Positions 1 through 9,336 of a DNA stretch of 36,912 nucleotides are shown here, piece by piece. The DNA lies in assembly GCA_012838395.1 (NCBI GenBank), contig DUPI01000053.1:1-36912 (forward strand), written 5' to 3'. Position 1 is the first letter of the stretch. Each line of letters begins with the position of its first letter. The position numbers and the translations under genes are program-made. A model generated the notes under the pieces. The model ran no database searches, was not told where the DNA came from, and worked only from the letters and a program-made list of their open reading frames with translations. This stretch comes from Mollicutes bacterium (GTDB lineage: Bacteria; Bacillota_I; Bacilli_A; RF39; UBA660).

Positions 1-120
1 ATTATTATAAATGATTTCTGTTTCATCGTGATTTAACGACACTCCATTAGAACTAGCAAAATTATTAATGTCCCCAAAAGAAAGATTGGCAATATACTGT
101 TTTATTAAAAATTCATTCAT
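1..120 (-). CDS. hypothetical protein, first 40 codons only (continues past the left edge); resemblance to small DUF2624-type Bacillota proteins is a guess
   Basis: Minus-strand ATG at 120-118 with AGGTGG 4 nt upstream (complement of 125-130). The frame is open to position 1: MNEFLIKQYIANLSFGDINNFASSNGVSLNHDETEIIYNN. It is absent from the ORF track because it is truncated. Confidence 0.45.
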   Translation of the reverse strand, partial: MNEFLIKQYIANLSFGDINNFASSNGVSLNHDETEIIYNN

Positions 121-199
121 TTTTCCACCTCAAAATAGCATATGTTTTATTGGTAATATTAATGAGGGTTAATGACCATAAAAAAGAAAGGATGGTAAT

Positions 200-808
200 A
201 TGTACGATATTCCGAGTCTTCCTTATTCGTATGATGCTTTGGAGCCATACATCGATGAGGAAACAGTGAGGATTCATTATGAACTTCACCATCGCGGTTA
301 TTTGAATAAATTAAATAATCTTTTAAATAAAATAAGTTTTCAAAAAAATTATACTCTTCCTGAATTAATACAACATATTGATGAATTACCAATTGAAGAA
401 CGAGGAGAAATTTTATTTAATGCTGGTGGTGTATTGAATCATAATTTATATTGGCAAAGTATGAGTCCTTTAAAAAATAATCATCCTGTTGGTAATCTTA
501 GTAGAGCTATTAATGAACAGTTTGGTTCATTTGAAAATTTTAAAAATGAATTTATTAGGCAAGCTTCATTGATGCAAGGGTCGGGCTATACTTTTTTAGT
601 TATTAATACTGGCGGTGAACTTGAGATTATTAATACATCTAACCAAGAAACACCATATTTATATGGTTTAATCCCAATTATGGCTTTAGATTTGTGGGAG
701 CATGCTTATTATTTATTATATAAAAATCGTCGGAATGAATATATCAATAATTTCTTTAATGTAGTCGACTTTGTCGAGATTAATAAATTGTATGAAGAGA
801 ATATATAG
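200..808 (+). CDS. sodA: Fe/Mn-family superoxide dismutase
   Basis: 202 aa. Carries PSLPYSYDALEPYIDEETVRIHYELHH, GGVLNHNLYW and DLWEHAYYL, so the His/His/Asp/His metal-ligand positions are present. AAGGA SD lies 7 nt before the ATG. Confidence 0.95.
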   Translation: MYDIPSLPYSYDALEPYIDEETVRIHYELHHRGYLNKLNNLLNKISFQKNYTLPELIQHIDELPIEERGEILFNAGGVLNHNLYWQSMSPLKNNHPVGNLSRAINEQFGSFENFKNEFIRQASLMQGSGYTFLVINTGGELEIINTSNQETPYLYGLIPIMALDLWEHAYYLLYKNRRNEYINNFFNVVDFVEINKLYEENI

Positions 809-2891
809 AAAAAACAAACGTCGCAGTAAACCAAATATAAAGTTTAGTTATTATAAAAAACATAGAAACATTAAAGAAATAATTGAAAATAGATATAATA
901 TATTAATTGGAATAATCGTTGTTCTTAATTTAATAATTGTTGCTAATTTATTTTTTATCCAGGTTATTAAAAAAGAACATCATACAAATCGTGTTAAATT
1001 ATTAAATCAAAATGTTGTTTTAGGTCCGTCAGCACCACGTGGTAGAATATATGATCGCCATCATCGTTTAATTGTTGATAATAAACCAGTAAAAGTCATC
1101 TATTATAAAAAAACAAGTGATATTACTAGAACTGAAGAGTTAGAAATGGCTTATGAGTTGGCTAACATATTGAATATTGATTATAGTGACTTAACAAAGA
1201 GAAACTTAAAAGAATTTTGGCTTAGAAATAATCATCAATTAGGTATTGCTAAAATAACTGATGAAGAGTGGAAAAAACTAGATGAGCGAAAGTTAACGCT
1301 CGATGATATAGAAGAATTAAAAATAGAGAGAATTACAGATAAAGAATTAAGTGAATATAAAGCACTAGATAAAAAAGCAGCTTATATATATTACTTAATG
1401 AATAAAGGTTATTATTATTCAGAGAAAACAATAAAAAAAGGTGATGTTAGTGATGATGAGTATGTTAAGATTTCTGAAAACATCCATAAATTAAAGGGAT
1501 TTAATACACGTTTGGATTGGGAACGGGTTTATCCTTATGGGGATACATTTAGAACAATTCTTGGGAGTGTCTCAACTAGTGAATCAGGACTCCCTTACGA
1601 ACTTAAAGATTATTATTTATCAAAAGGATATAGTTTAGATGATCGAGTTGGTATTAGTTATTTAGAATATCAATATGAGGATTATTTAAAGGGAGAGAAA
1701 AACACTTATGAGCTACTAAATGATGGTAGCTATAAATTATTAAAAGAAGGTAAACGCGGTCATGATATCGTTATTAGTATTGATATCGAATTACAGCGTG
1801 AAGTTGAAAAAATTTTAGAAACCGAATTAAAAGCAGCTAAAAAGGAACCAAATACCGAATATTATAACCGTTCCTTTGTTATTATAACGGCACCCAAAAC
1901 TGGTGAAATATTAGCCATGTCATCTAAACAGATTATTAAAGATGGTAAAGATTATAAAATTTATGATTATACACCTGGTATAATTAATTCATCAGTAGTT
2001 ATGGGATCGGTTGTTAAAGGTGCTTCTAATATTGTTGGTTTTAATCAAGGTGTTTTAAAAGTCGGTGAAGTTAGAGATGACTATTGTATTAAAATTGCTG
2101 CTACACCCCAAAAATGTTCGTGGCGCTACTTGGGAAGAATTGACGATGTTGCAGCTTTAAAGTATTCATCGAACTCCTATCAATATCAAACAGCTATTAA
2201 AGTTGGTAAAGGAAAATATGTATATAATGAGCCTTTAGCTGTTAATGAAAGTGCTTTTGATATTTATCGCAAAACTTTTGCTGAATTTGGACTGGGAGTT
2301 AAAACAAAAATAGATTTACCTAACGAAGGTTTAGGTTATGAAGGAACAAGTACTTTATCTGGACATCTGTTAGATTTTGCTATTGGCCAATATGATACTT
2401 ATACTCCAATTCAATTATCCCAATATATTGGAACAATTGCTAATGGGGGTTATCGCATCGCGCCTCATTTATTAAAAAGTGTCTATGAACCAACAAAAGA
2501 TGGTTTAACGAACATTGTTTATAATAAAGAACCAGAAGTACTAAATAAATTGAGTGCTAAAACCAAACATCTAAAAAGGGTGCAAGAAGGTTTTAAACAA
2601 GTTGTAGCTAGTGGTGGAACTGGTGTTGGTTATATACCGACCACGGCCAAACCCGCGGGGAAAACTGGTACCAGTGAGAGTTTTATTGATACAGATCTGG
2701 ATGGTGTAGTTGATTTAGAAACTTATAGTCATACATTTGCTGGTTATGCCCCATATGATGATCCGGCAGTTGCATTTACTATTATTTCGCCAGATATTTC
2801 ACCAGTAAATGCTAAAAGTGGATATAGAAGTACAGTTAACCGTAGACTTGCTTATAATGTTTCAAAAAAATTCTTTGAAATTTATAAATAA
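792..2891 (+). CDS. class B penicillin-binding protein (PBP2-type transpeptidase)
   Basis: N-terminal TM anchor, then SxxK (SVVK), SxN (SSN) and KTGT motifs. The first ATG is at 792; the ORF-track start at 771 is a TTG inside sodA. The start is uncertain and the end is firm. Confidence 0.9.
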   Translation: MKRIYRKNKRRSKPNIKFSYYKKHRNIKEIIENRYNILIGIIVVLNLIIVANLFFIQVIKKEHHTNRVKLLNQNVVLGPSAPRGRIYDRHHRLIVDNKPVKVIYYKKTSDITRTEELEMAYELANILNIDYSDLTKRNLKEFWLRNNHQLGIAKITDEEWKKLDERKLTLDDIEELKIERITDKELSEYKALDKKAAYIYYLMNKGYYYSEKTIKKGDVSDDEYVKISENIHKLKGFNTRLDWERVYPYGDTFRTILGSVSTSESGLPYELKDYYLSKGYSLDDRVGISYLEYQYEDYLKGEKNTYELLNDGSYKLLKEGKRGHDIVISIDIELQREVEKILETELKAAKKEPNTEYYNRSFVIITAPKTGEILAMSSKQIIKDGKDYKIYDYTPGIINSSVVMGSVVKGASNIVGFNQGVLKVGEVRDDYCIKIAATPQKCSWRYLGRIDDVAALKYSSNSYQYQTAIKVGKGKYVYNEPLAVNESAFDIYRKTFAEFGLGVKTKIDLPNEGLGYEGTSTLSGHLLDFAIGQYDTYTPIQLSQYIGTIANGGYRIAPHLLKSVYEPTKDGLTNIVYNKEPEVLNKLSAKTKHLKRVQEGFKQVVASGGTGVGYIPTTAKPAGKTGTSESFIDTDLDGVVDLETYSHTFAGYAPYDDPAVAFTIISPDISPVNAKSGYRSTVNRRLAYNVSKKFFEIYK

Positions 2892-2932
2892 TTTGCTATA
2901 ATATTAAAGTATGTATTAAAGGAGGGAAAACA

Positions 2933-3100
2933 ATGGCTAAAAAAGGAGAAGCACGAGAAAGAATAACATTACAATGTACTGTGTGTGGTTCTGAAAATTA
3001 TCGTACTGAAAAAAACAAACAAAACACTCCCGAACGAATTGAATTAAAAAAGTTTTGTCCAAAATCTAAAACTGTAACATTACACAGAGAAAAAAAATAA
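2933..3100 (+). CDS. rpmG: 50S ribosomal protein L33
   Basis: 55-aa ORF, too short for the ORF track: [63 protein letters not shown] upstream. Sits between a PBP gene and efp, as rpmGA does next to pbpA in Bacillus. Confidence 0.9.
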   Translation: MAKKGEARERITLQCTVCGSENYRTEKNKQNTPERIELKKFCPKSKTVTLHREKK

Positions 3101-3122
3101 AAACAACTAAAAGGAGATTAAC

Positions 3123-3680
3123 ATGGTAAACGTTAATGATTTAAAAAATGGAATGACAATCAAACTAGATGGAAATATATATTTGGTTTTGGAATTTTTA
3201 CATGTGAAACCAGGTAAAGGCCCAGCTTTTGTTCGAAGTAAACTAAAAAATCTGCGCACAGGTGCCATTATCGAACACACATTTAATGCCGGAATCAAAA
3301 TAGAAAGAGCATCCATCGATCGCGTTACAATGCAGTTTTTATATGCAAGCGGGGATTCGTATAATTTTATGAATATGGAAACTTATGAGCAAATTGAAAT
3401 TAATAAGCAACAAATTGAGGAAGAAGTACCATATTTAAAAGAAGGATTAAATGTTGAATTGACTTTTTATGAAAGTGAATTATTAGGAATAAATTTACCA
3501 GATAAAATTGAATACAAAGTTACAAGTACAGAACCGGCAGTTCGGGGTAACACCGTTACTAATGCAACTAAAGAAGCAGTATTAGAAACTGGACTAGTTA
3601 TTAAAGTCCCACTTTTTATTGAAGCAGATGAAGTAATTATTGTTTCAACGAAAGATGGTAAATATGATTCGCGAGCTTAA
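3123..3680 (+). CDS. efp: elongation factor P (Lys32 type, loop VKPGKG)
   Basis: 185 aa, typical EF-P sequence throughout. AAGGAG SD upstream. Confidence 0.95.
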   Translation: MVNVNDLKNGMTIKLDGNIYLVLEFLHVKPGKGPAFVRSKLKNLRTGAIIEHTFNAGIKIERASIDRVTMQFLYASGDSYNFMNMETYEQIEINKQQIEEEVPYLKEGLNVELTFYESELLGINLPDKIEYKVTSTEPAVRGNTVTNATKEAVLETGLVIKVPLFIEADEVIIVSTKDGKYDSRA

Positions 3681-3734
3681 GTTGGCTCCATAAAATTAAC
3701 TTATATTTTTTAAAAAATATATATTGTGATAAAA

Positions 3735-3768
3735 AGTTGTCTATCTTAAATGATAGCAGCTTTTTTAT
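3735..3768 (+). terminator. probable rho-independent terminator after efp
   Basis: Imperfect stem GTTGTCTATC / GATAGCAGC followed by TTTTTTATTTT. Confidence 0.5.
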
Positions 3769-3894
3769 TTTCTAAAACACAAAAATTTATAATGTTGTAT
3801 GTCAAATTATTTGGTCTTTACTCGATTAATCCCAATAATTGGTTGTTAATTGCTTGGATTTTATGTATAATATACGTGTGTAAAGGGGGATAAC

Positions 3895-4023
3895 ATGTCT
3901 GTTAAAACAGTAATATTTGATATTGATGGCACAATATGTCCAATTAAGAAAAAAGAGGAGTCTTACAAGGATTTAGTACCTTATAAAGATATGGTTTTAC
4001 CTTTATTTCGAATGATAAAGTAG
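3895..4023 (+). CDS. HAD-superfamily-like N-terminal fragment (42 codons), probably the 5' part of a disrupted gene
   Basis: MSVKTVIFDIDGTICPIKKKEESYKDLVPYKDMVLPLFRMIK then TAG at 4021-4023. FDIDGT is HAD motif I. Strong SD (AAAGGGGGA), and a TTGTTA-17-TATAAT promoter ends at about 3873. Confidence 0.4.
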   Translation: MSVKTVIFDIDGTICPIKKKEESYKDLVPYKDMVLPLFRMIK

Positions 4024-4031
4024 CTGTAAAA

Positions 4032-4484
4032 ATGATCGGTGATAAAATTATTACCTGCGGTATACCTTTTTCTATGGGGATAGTTAAAAAGGATGCTGAA
4101 ACATTACATGATCTTGATGTTGATGAACTATATTCCACTGGTGATAAAGTTTATTTGAAGATAACAGATATACCAGATTTCTTTAAGAGCACAAATGCAA
4201 ATAAGGGTATTTTAAAACAAATGTTATTTACTGATTATCAACCGAATATTGATTCACTACAAATTAAAAAGGTTGATAATAATTTAAGAATAATTGGAGA
4301 TAATGTGTTGATAAATGCTGTCTCTGAACAAAAACAATATTTAAATAAATTATTAGAGGTTGATATAAAAAATCGCGATTTAAATTATTTAAATCAAATC
4401 GAGGGGTATATAGTAAGTCAAAATCAAAATACAACTAATGAATTATTAGAAAATTTAAAAAAACCAACTAAGTACTTAAATTAA
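4032..4484 (+). CDS. hypothetical protein; possibly the 3' part of the disrupted HAD-like gene
   Basis: 150-aa ORF with no SD before its ATG. Its frame is already open from 3987, overlapping the end of the upstream fragment in the -1 frame. Confidence 0.4.
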   Translation: MIGDKIITCGIPFSMGIVKKDAETLHDLDVDELYSTGDKVYLKITDIPDFFKSTNANKGILKQMLFTDYQPNIDSLQIKKVDNNLRIIGDNVLINAVSEQKQYLNKLLEVDIKNRDLNYLNQIEGYIVSQNQNTTNELLENLKKPTKYLN

Positions 4485-4502
4485 TATTAAGGCTCTAATA
4501 TT

Positions 4503-4530
4503 AGAAGCATATTTTATGCTTCTTTTAATT
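4503..4530 (+). terminator. rho-independent terminator
   Basis: AGAAGCAT / ATGCTTCT 8-bp stem, 5-nt loop, then TTTAATT. Confidence 0.65.
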
Positions 4531-4624
4531 ATTTATCTATTTTTGATAAAAAAGCAAAACTCTAACAGTTAAACTATTCATATATTAAATCATCCATGTT
4601 ATAATTATATTGATGGGTGATGTT

Positions 4625-5662
4625 ATGAAAAAGTTATTATTAATAGGGTTTGTAGTGCTGCTTTTAACTGGTTGTAAAGATAATGACAATGTCGTTAGAA
4701 AGGTTGAAGTAGAATTTGGTAGTGATTATTATCAAGTAGCTGCGCCTTATAAACCATCTATTAGTGGTAACTATGTTGTTCATAATGTTTTAAATAATTA
4801 TGATGTTAATGATATTGAAAATGCCTTTATGATGTTATCGACCAATCATTTTAAAACAATTAATTCTTTATATCAAGAGGGTCAGTATTTAAAACGCGGT
4901 GAATTAAAAGAGTTACTATCAAGAGATAATTTAAACAAGGAAAAAGAAATTACTGTTAATGGTGTTAAGATCAACCCAACTTATTTATCTAGCATTTATG
5001 AGCAAAATTATCTAACTAATAATGGTAATTTAAAAGGGTTGACAATTGGTTTGATTTTTAATCCCTATCAAGCTTATTTAACTAAATATGATAGTTATGA
5101 CTACGAAGAAGTAGATTTAGATACTTTAGAACCTATTATTATTGCTAAAGCGAATGAAATAGTTAAATATATAAGAACTAAACCTGCTTTACAAAAAATC
5201 AAAATAGTTGTTGGAATATATTTACAAAACCATCCTAACACGATGTTACCAGGCGGTATAAGATATTTTGGTGTTACGAACAAAGATAGTGTTGAGTTAA
5301 ATAAAGTAAATTACCAACATCAATATCTAAACTCAGATTATGTTTTAAAACATGACATTAATATTTATAATGCTTTTACTAATTTGGAAAAACAACTAAA
5401 AAAAGTAAAAGATACAATTAATATATCAGCAAGGGGTTTATACTATAATAATAAAATTCAAAATATTGAAATGACAGTTTATAGCGGAACTTTTAATAAT
5501 GGAGAATTATTATATTTAAGTGAAATTATAAGTGAGGAAATGGTTAATTTTGATAATCAACTTAATATTAGAGTGATCGTTAAATCAAATGAAAAAGTAG
5601 CAGCTTTTATTAACAAAGAAAGTAATAATTTAAAAAGTAATGTTTATATTTTAGGAGGATAG
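4625..5662 (+). CDS. camS: CamS-family lipoprotein (sex-pheromone precursor family)
   Basis: Signal peptide MKKLLLIGFVVLLLTG|C with a lipobox. YQEGQYL, YLSSIYEQNY and GLTIGL resemble CamS. Sits immediately upstream of gatCAB, as in Bacillus and Staphylococcus. The ATG at 4625 is preferred over the TTG at 4610. Confidence 0.75.
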   Translation: MKKLLLIGFVVLLLTGCKDNDNVVRKVEVEFGSDYYQVAAPYKPSISGNYVVHNVLNNYDVNDIENAFMMLSTNHFKTINSLYQEGQYLKRGELKELLSRDNLNKEKEITVNGVKINPTYLSSIYEQNYLTNNGNLKGLTIGLIFNPYQAYLTKYDSYDYEEVDLDTLEPIIIAKANEIVKYIRTKPALQKIKIVVGIYLQNHPNTMLPGGIRYFGVTNKDSVELNKVNYQHQYLNSDYVLKHDINIYNAFTNLEKQLKKVKDTINISARGLYYNNKIQNIEMTVYSGTFNNGELLYLSEIISEEMVNFDNQLNIRVIVKSNEKVAAFINKESNNLKSNVYILGG

Positions 5663-5663
5663 A

Positions 5664-5954
5664 ATGAATAAAATCGACAAAAAACAAACAAAACGTATTT
5701 TAGAATTTGCAATGTTAAACTGCAAGGATAATGAAATAGATGAATATGTTAATGGTTTAAATCAAGTACTTGAAAAAATTGACAAAATTAAAGAAATTAA
5801 AGTGGATAATAAAGATATTTTAATTACACCCACTACCAATTTTAATTGTTATGATGACGGAAGGGCAACTAAGATTAGTGAAAAACAAGAAATTTTAAAA
5901 AATATTCCCAATAAAGAAGGCGATTATATTTTAGTACCAAAGGTGATAGAATGA
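5664..5954 (+). CDS. gatC: Asp/Glu-tRNA amidotransferase subunit C
   Basis: 96 aa, first gene of a gatCAB triplet. AGGAGG SD lies inside the camS stop region. ATGA overlap with gatA. Confidence 0.9.
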   Translation: MNKIDKKQTKRILEFAMLNCKDNEIDEYVNGLNQVLEKIDKIKEIKVDNKDILITPTTNFNCYDDGRATKISEKQEILKNIPNKEGDYILVPKVIE

Positions 5955-7402
5955 GTAATTATTTGGAGTTAACAATAGAAGAAATACATAAGTTATTAAA
6001 AGATAAAAAAATAAAACCGATCGATCTAGTAAATGAATTTATCAGCAAAGTAGAAAAATCTAATTTAAATGCTTTTATTACATTAGATATAGAAGCTGCT
6101 AGAAAAAAAGCTTTAGAACTGGAAACAGAGGAAGTGGATAATCCTTTATTTGGAATACCGATTGCTATTAAAGATAATATTGTTACTAAAAATTTAAAAA
6201 CAAGCTGCGCTTCATTAATGCTGGATAACTTTATTCCTGTTTATGATGCAACAGTTGTTCAAAAACTAAAAGCTAAAAAGATGATTCTCGTTGGCAAAAC
6301 TAACATGGATGAATTTGCTATGGGTGGAACTGGAGAAACTAGTTATTATGGACCAACACTAAACCCGTGGAATGAAAATTGTGCACCAGGTGGAAGTAGT
6401 AGTGGGAGTGCAGCTGCTGTCAGCGCGAATTTAGTTCCCTTATCTATTGGAAGTGATACCGGTGGTAGTCTTAGGGAACCTTCAGCATTTTGTGGTGTAG
6501 TTGGAATGAAACCAACCTATGGTCGCGTTTCGAGGTATGGATTGATTCCATTTGCAGCTAGTCTTGATCAAATTGGACCAATTTCCAGAACTGTTTATGA
6601 AAATGCTTTGTTATTAGAAGCAATATCAGGTTTTGATGAAAAAGATTTAACTAGTTCAAAAGATAAGCATTTATCTTTTACCGATTTAACAATTGATCTT
6701 AAAACTAAAAAAATCGCGATACCTTCATTTTATTTAAATTATTCAATCAACCAAGAAATTCGAAATGCTTTTGAAAAAATAATTACTATGCTTAAAGCAA
6801 ATGGTTGTTTGGTTGAATATGTTGATATTCCTTATCTTGAACATATTCCTTCCATATATAAAATTATTGCCTTTTCCGAAGCAAGCAGTAATTTATCTTG
6901 TTTTGATGGAATTAGATACGGCTATACTACCAACAATCATGACACCATTGAAGATTTATATAAAAATACTAGAACTGAAGGTTTTGGACTTGAAGTTAAA
7001 AAAAGAATTATTATTGGTACATATCTTTTAACTGGAGAAAATGCTGAGGATTATTATTACAAAGCTTTATCTATGAGAAAGATAATTACTGATAAAATAA
7101 AAGAATTATTTTCAGTATATGATTATATTATGTGCCCAACAACTACTGATCTAGCTCCTCAATTAAACAATCATTTTGAAGATTATACTCAAAAATTTAG
7201 CAATGGAATTTTAACAGCCCCAGCTAACATAACTGGCGTTCCAGCTTTATCATTACCAATAGGTTTAAGTAGTAATAATATGCCTATAGGATTACAAATT
7301 GTAGGTAATTATTTTAAAGAATTAGATATTTATAAAATAGCACATTATATTGAAGAAAAACTTAATTTAGATTTAAATGCAGGGAGGCAAGAAGAATGTT
7401 AG
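5951..7402 (+). CDS. gatA: Asp/Glu-tRNA amidotransferase subunit A
   Basis: 483 aa. Amidase signature GGSSSGSAAAV and GSDTGGSLREPS; the AIKDN Lys is present. Confidence 0.95.
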   Translation: MSNYLELTIEEIHKLLKDKKIKPIDLVNEFISKVEKSNLNAFITLDIEAARKKALELETEEVDNPLFGIPIAIKDNIVTKNLKTSCASLMLDNFIPVYDATVVQKLKAKKMILVGKTNMDEFAMGGTGETSYYGPTLNPWNENCAPGGSSSGSAAAVSANLVPLSIGSDTGGSLREPSAFCGVVGMKPTYGRVSRYGLIPFAASLDQIGPISRTVYENALLLEAISGFDEKDLTSSKDKHLSFTDLTIDLKTKKIAIPSFYLNYSINQEIRNAFEKIITMLKANGCLVEYVDIPYLEHIPSIYKIIAFSEASSNLSCFDGIRYGYTTNNHDTIEDLYKNTRTEGFGLEVKKRIIIGTYLLTGENAEDYYYKALSMRKIITDKIKELFSVYDYIMCPTTTDLAPQLNNHFEDYTQKFSNGILTAPANITGVPALSLPIGLSSNNMPIGLQIVGNYFKELDIYKIAHYIEEKLNLDLNAGRQEEC

Positions 7403-8814
7403 AACCAACAATTGGTATTGAAATACATGCTCATCTTAAAAGTAAAACGAAAGCCTTTTCTAGTAGTGTAAACAATTTTGATAGTTTACCAAATGAAAAT
7501 ATTAGTTTAATTGATTTGGCATATCCAGGAGCATTACCTAGATTAAATAAAGAAGTTATCGAGATGGCTCTAAAAGCTGCTCTAGCACTTAATTGTTCTA
7601 TCAATAAAGAGATGCATTTTGATCGCAAAAATTACTTTTATCCAGACTTGCCGAAAGGTTATCAAATAACCCAAAATAGAACTCCTATTGGTTATGACGG
7701 TTATTTAATGATTGATGTTGATGGCAAACAAAAAAGAATTGCTATCGAACGAATTCATATTGAAGAGGATACGGCTAAAAGTATTCACGGACAAGCTGGC
7801 ACGATTTTAGATTTTAATAGATCTGGTGTTCCATTAATTGAAATAGTAACTAAACCAGTTATTACTAGCGAAAAAGAGGCTGTTGCTTATTTAGAAGGAA
7901 TTCGTGAGATTTTATTATATTTAGGAATCAGTGATGTTAAAATTGAAGAAGGTAGTATGCGTTGTGATGCTAATATATCGCTATCGGAACGTGGTAGTAA
8001 AAAGTTAGGAACTAAAACGGAAGTTAAAAACATTGGTTCAATTAGTAATGTTGGGACAAGTATTTTATATGAAATTAATCGACAAAAAAAATTAATTGAA
8101 AGTGGTAATAAAGTAATTAATGAAACAAGGCGATTCGACGACAAAACAAATTCTACAATTACAATGAGGGTCAAAGAAACAGCCAGTGATTACCGCTACT
8201 TCCCAGAACCTAATATTCCACCGTTGGAGTTAAGCGAAGAATATATTTTAGAGGTAAAAAATTCATTACCAGTACTACCCAATGTTCTGCGTAATAAATA
8301 TAATAAATTAGCGATTAATCAAAATAATGTAAAAACAATTATAGGGAACTATCAGTTATGTCAATTTTTTGAGACTGTTATTGATGATATTAATCCAATA
8401 ATAGCTGCAAATGTTTTGACGGGGGAAGTTTTAAATTATTTAAATAAAAATAAATTAGAAATGAAAGACATAAAATTAACTGAACATAATTTTAAAGAAT
8501 TAATAGATGCTTACGAAAAAGGAACTATATCTTCAAAACATATAAAAGATATTATCCCTATATTATTAGATAAAGGGGGAGCGGTTAAGGACATTATTAA
8601 TGAATTAGGGATTCAACAAATTAATGATGATAAACTAATTTTAGAGGTAATTAATAAAGTTATTAAAAATAATTCTGAATCTGTAACTGACTATAAAAAT
8701 GGTCAAGATCGAGCTTTAAAATTTTTGATGGGTCAAGTAATGAAAGAAACCAGAGGACAAGTTAATCCAGCGAAAGCATCTTCGTTATTGACTGAAGAAT
8801 TAGCTAAGCTCTAA
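7396..8814 (+). CDS. gatB: Asp/Glu-tRNA amidotransferase subunit B
   Basis: 472 aa. Typical GatB N-terminus (IGIEIHAHL) and C-terminal YqeY-like tail. Overlaps the gatA end by 7 nt. Confidence 0.95.
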   Translation: MLEPTIGIEIHAHLKSKTKAFSSSVNNFDSLPNENISLIDLAYPGALPRLNKEVIEMALKAALALNCSINKEMHFDRKNYFYPDLPKGYQITQNRTPIGYDGYLMIDVDGKQKRIAIERIHIEEDTAKSIHGQAGTILDFNRSGVPLIEIVTKPVITSEKEAVAYLEGIREILLYLGISDVKIEEGSMRCDANISLSERGSKKLGTKTEVKNIGSISNVGTSILYEINRQKKLIESGNKVINETRRFDDKTNSTITMRVKETASDYRYFPEPNIPPLELSEEYILEVKNSLPVLPNVLRNKYNKLAINQNNVKTIIGNYQLCQFFETVIDDINPIIAANVLTGEVLNYLNKNKLEMKDIKLTEHNFKELIDAYEKGTISSKHIKDIIPILLDKGGAVKDIINELGIQQINDDKLILEVINKVIKNNSESVTDYKNGQDRALKFLMGQVMKETRGQVNPAKASSLLTEELAKL

Positions 8815-8815
8815 T

Positions 8816-8844
8816 TTGCACAATTTAATAAATTGTAGTATAAT
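8816..8844 (+). promoter_or_regulatory. sigma-A-type promoter for the 8868 gene
   Basis: TTGCAC (8816-8821), 17-nt spacer, TATAAT (8839-8844). Confidence 0.55.
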
Positions 8845-8867
8845 GTTTGGCGATTGGAGGAAAAACA

Positions 8868-9320
8868 ATGAAATTTGTCAAAAAACACAAATTAAAAGTT
8901 ATCTTTTTTGCTGTTTTTCTAATATTAATGATTTCAGCATTTATTGGTATTAAACAATTACTGTATCCAGATTTTCGTAAAAATCTTTATGGCAGTCGTT
9001 TAGAAGGAATTGAAGAGTTTAATGTTGATAAAAATCGATTGAAAAAAGTAAGTGAAAAATTGGAAACGGAAGATAAAGTTGAAAAGGTAAGTTATACTTT
9101 ATCGGGTCGTATTATTAATTTCAACATCCAATTTGATGGTGATGTTGATTTAATTAGCTCACAATCTTTTGGAGATAAGGTATTAGAAAATTTTAGTGAA
9201 GATGAAAAAAGTTATTTTGACTTCCAAGTTTATTTAACCAGTAATGTTGAGGATAGTGAAATATATCCTAAAGTTGGTTATAAGCATAAATCATCATTGA
9301 CCTTTAAGTGGACTAATTGA
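8868..9320 (+). CDS. membrane-anchored hypothetical protein (one N-terminal TM helix, about 115-aa extracytoplasmic part)
   Basis: GGAGG SD 7 nt before the ATG at 8868; the track start at 8847 is a TTG. Hydrophobic segment VIFFAVFLILMISAFIGI. No recognisable motif. Confidence 0.7.
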   Translation: MKFVKKHKLKVIFFAVFLILMISAFIGIKQLLYPDFRKNLYGSRLEGIEEFNVDKNRLKKVSEKLETEDKVEKVSYTLSGRIINFNIQFDGDVDLISSQSFGDKVLENFSEDEKSYFDFQVYLTSNVEDSEIYPKVGYKHKSSLTFKWTN

Positions 9321-9336
9321 GTTAGGTGGTATTGAT

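Noticed and set aside
771-791. Upstream TTG start for the PBP gene given by the ORF track, with a 38-nt overlap into sodA.
   Set aside because: There is no SD, and the extra residues lie inside the sodA coding end. The first ATG at 792 is the more economical start, although it too lacks a strong SD.
6801-7031. Same-strand alternative-frame ORFs inside gatA (6801-7031), inside the metallophosphoesterase gene (15513-15710), and plus-strand 27706-27900 inside the lipoprotein gene.
   Set aside because: They are embedded in genes whose main frame carries clear family motifs. They have no independent translation signals.
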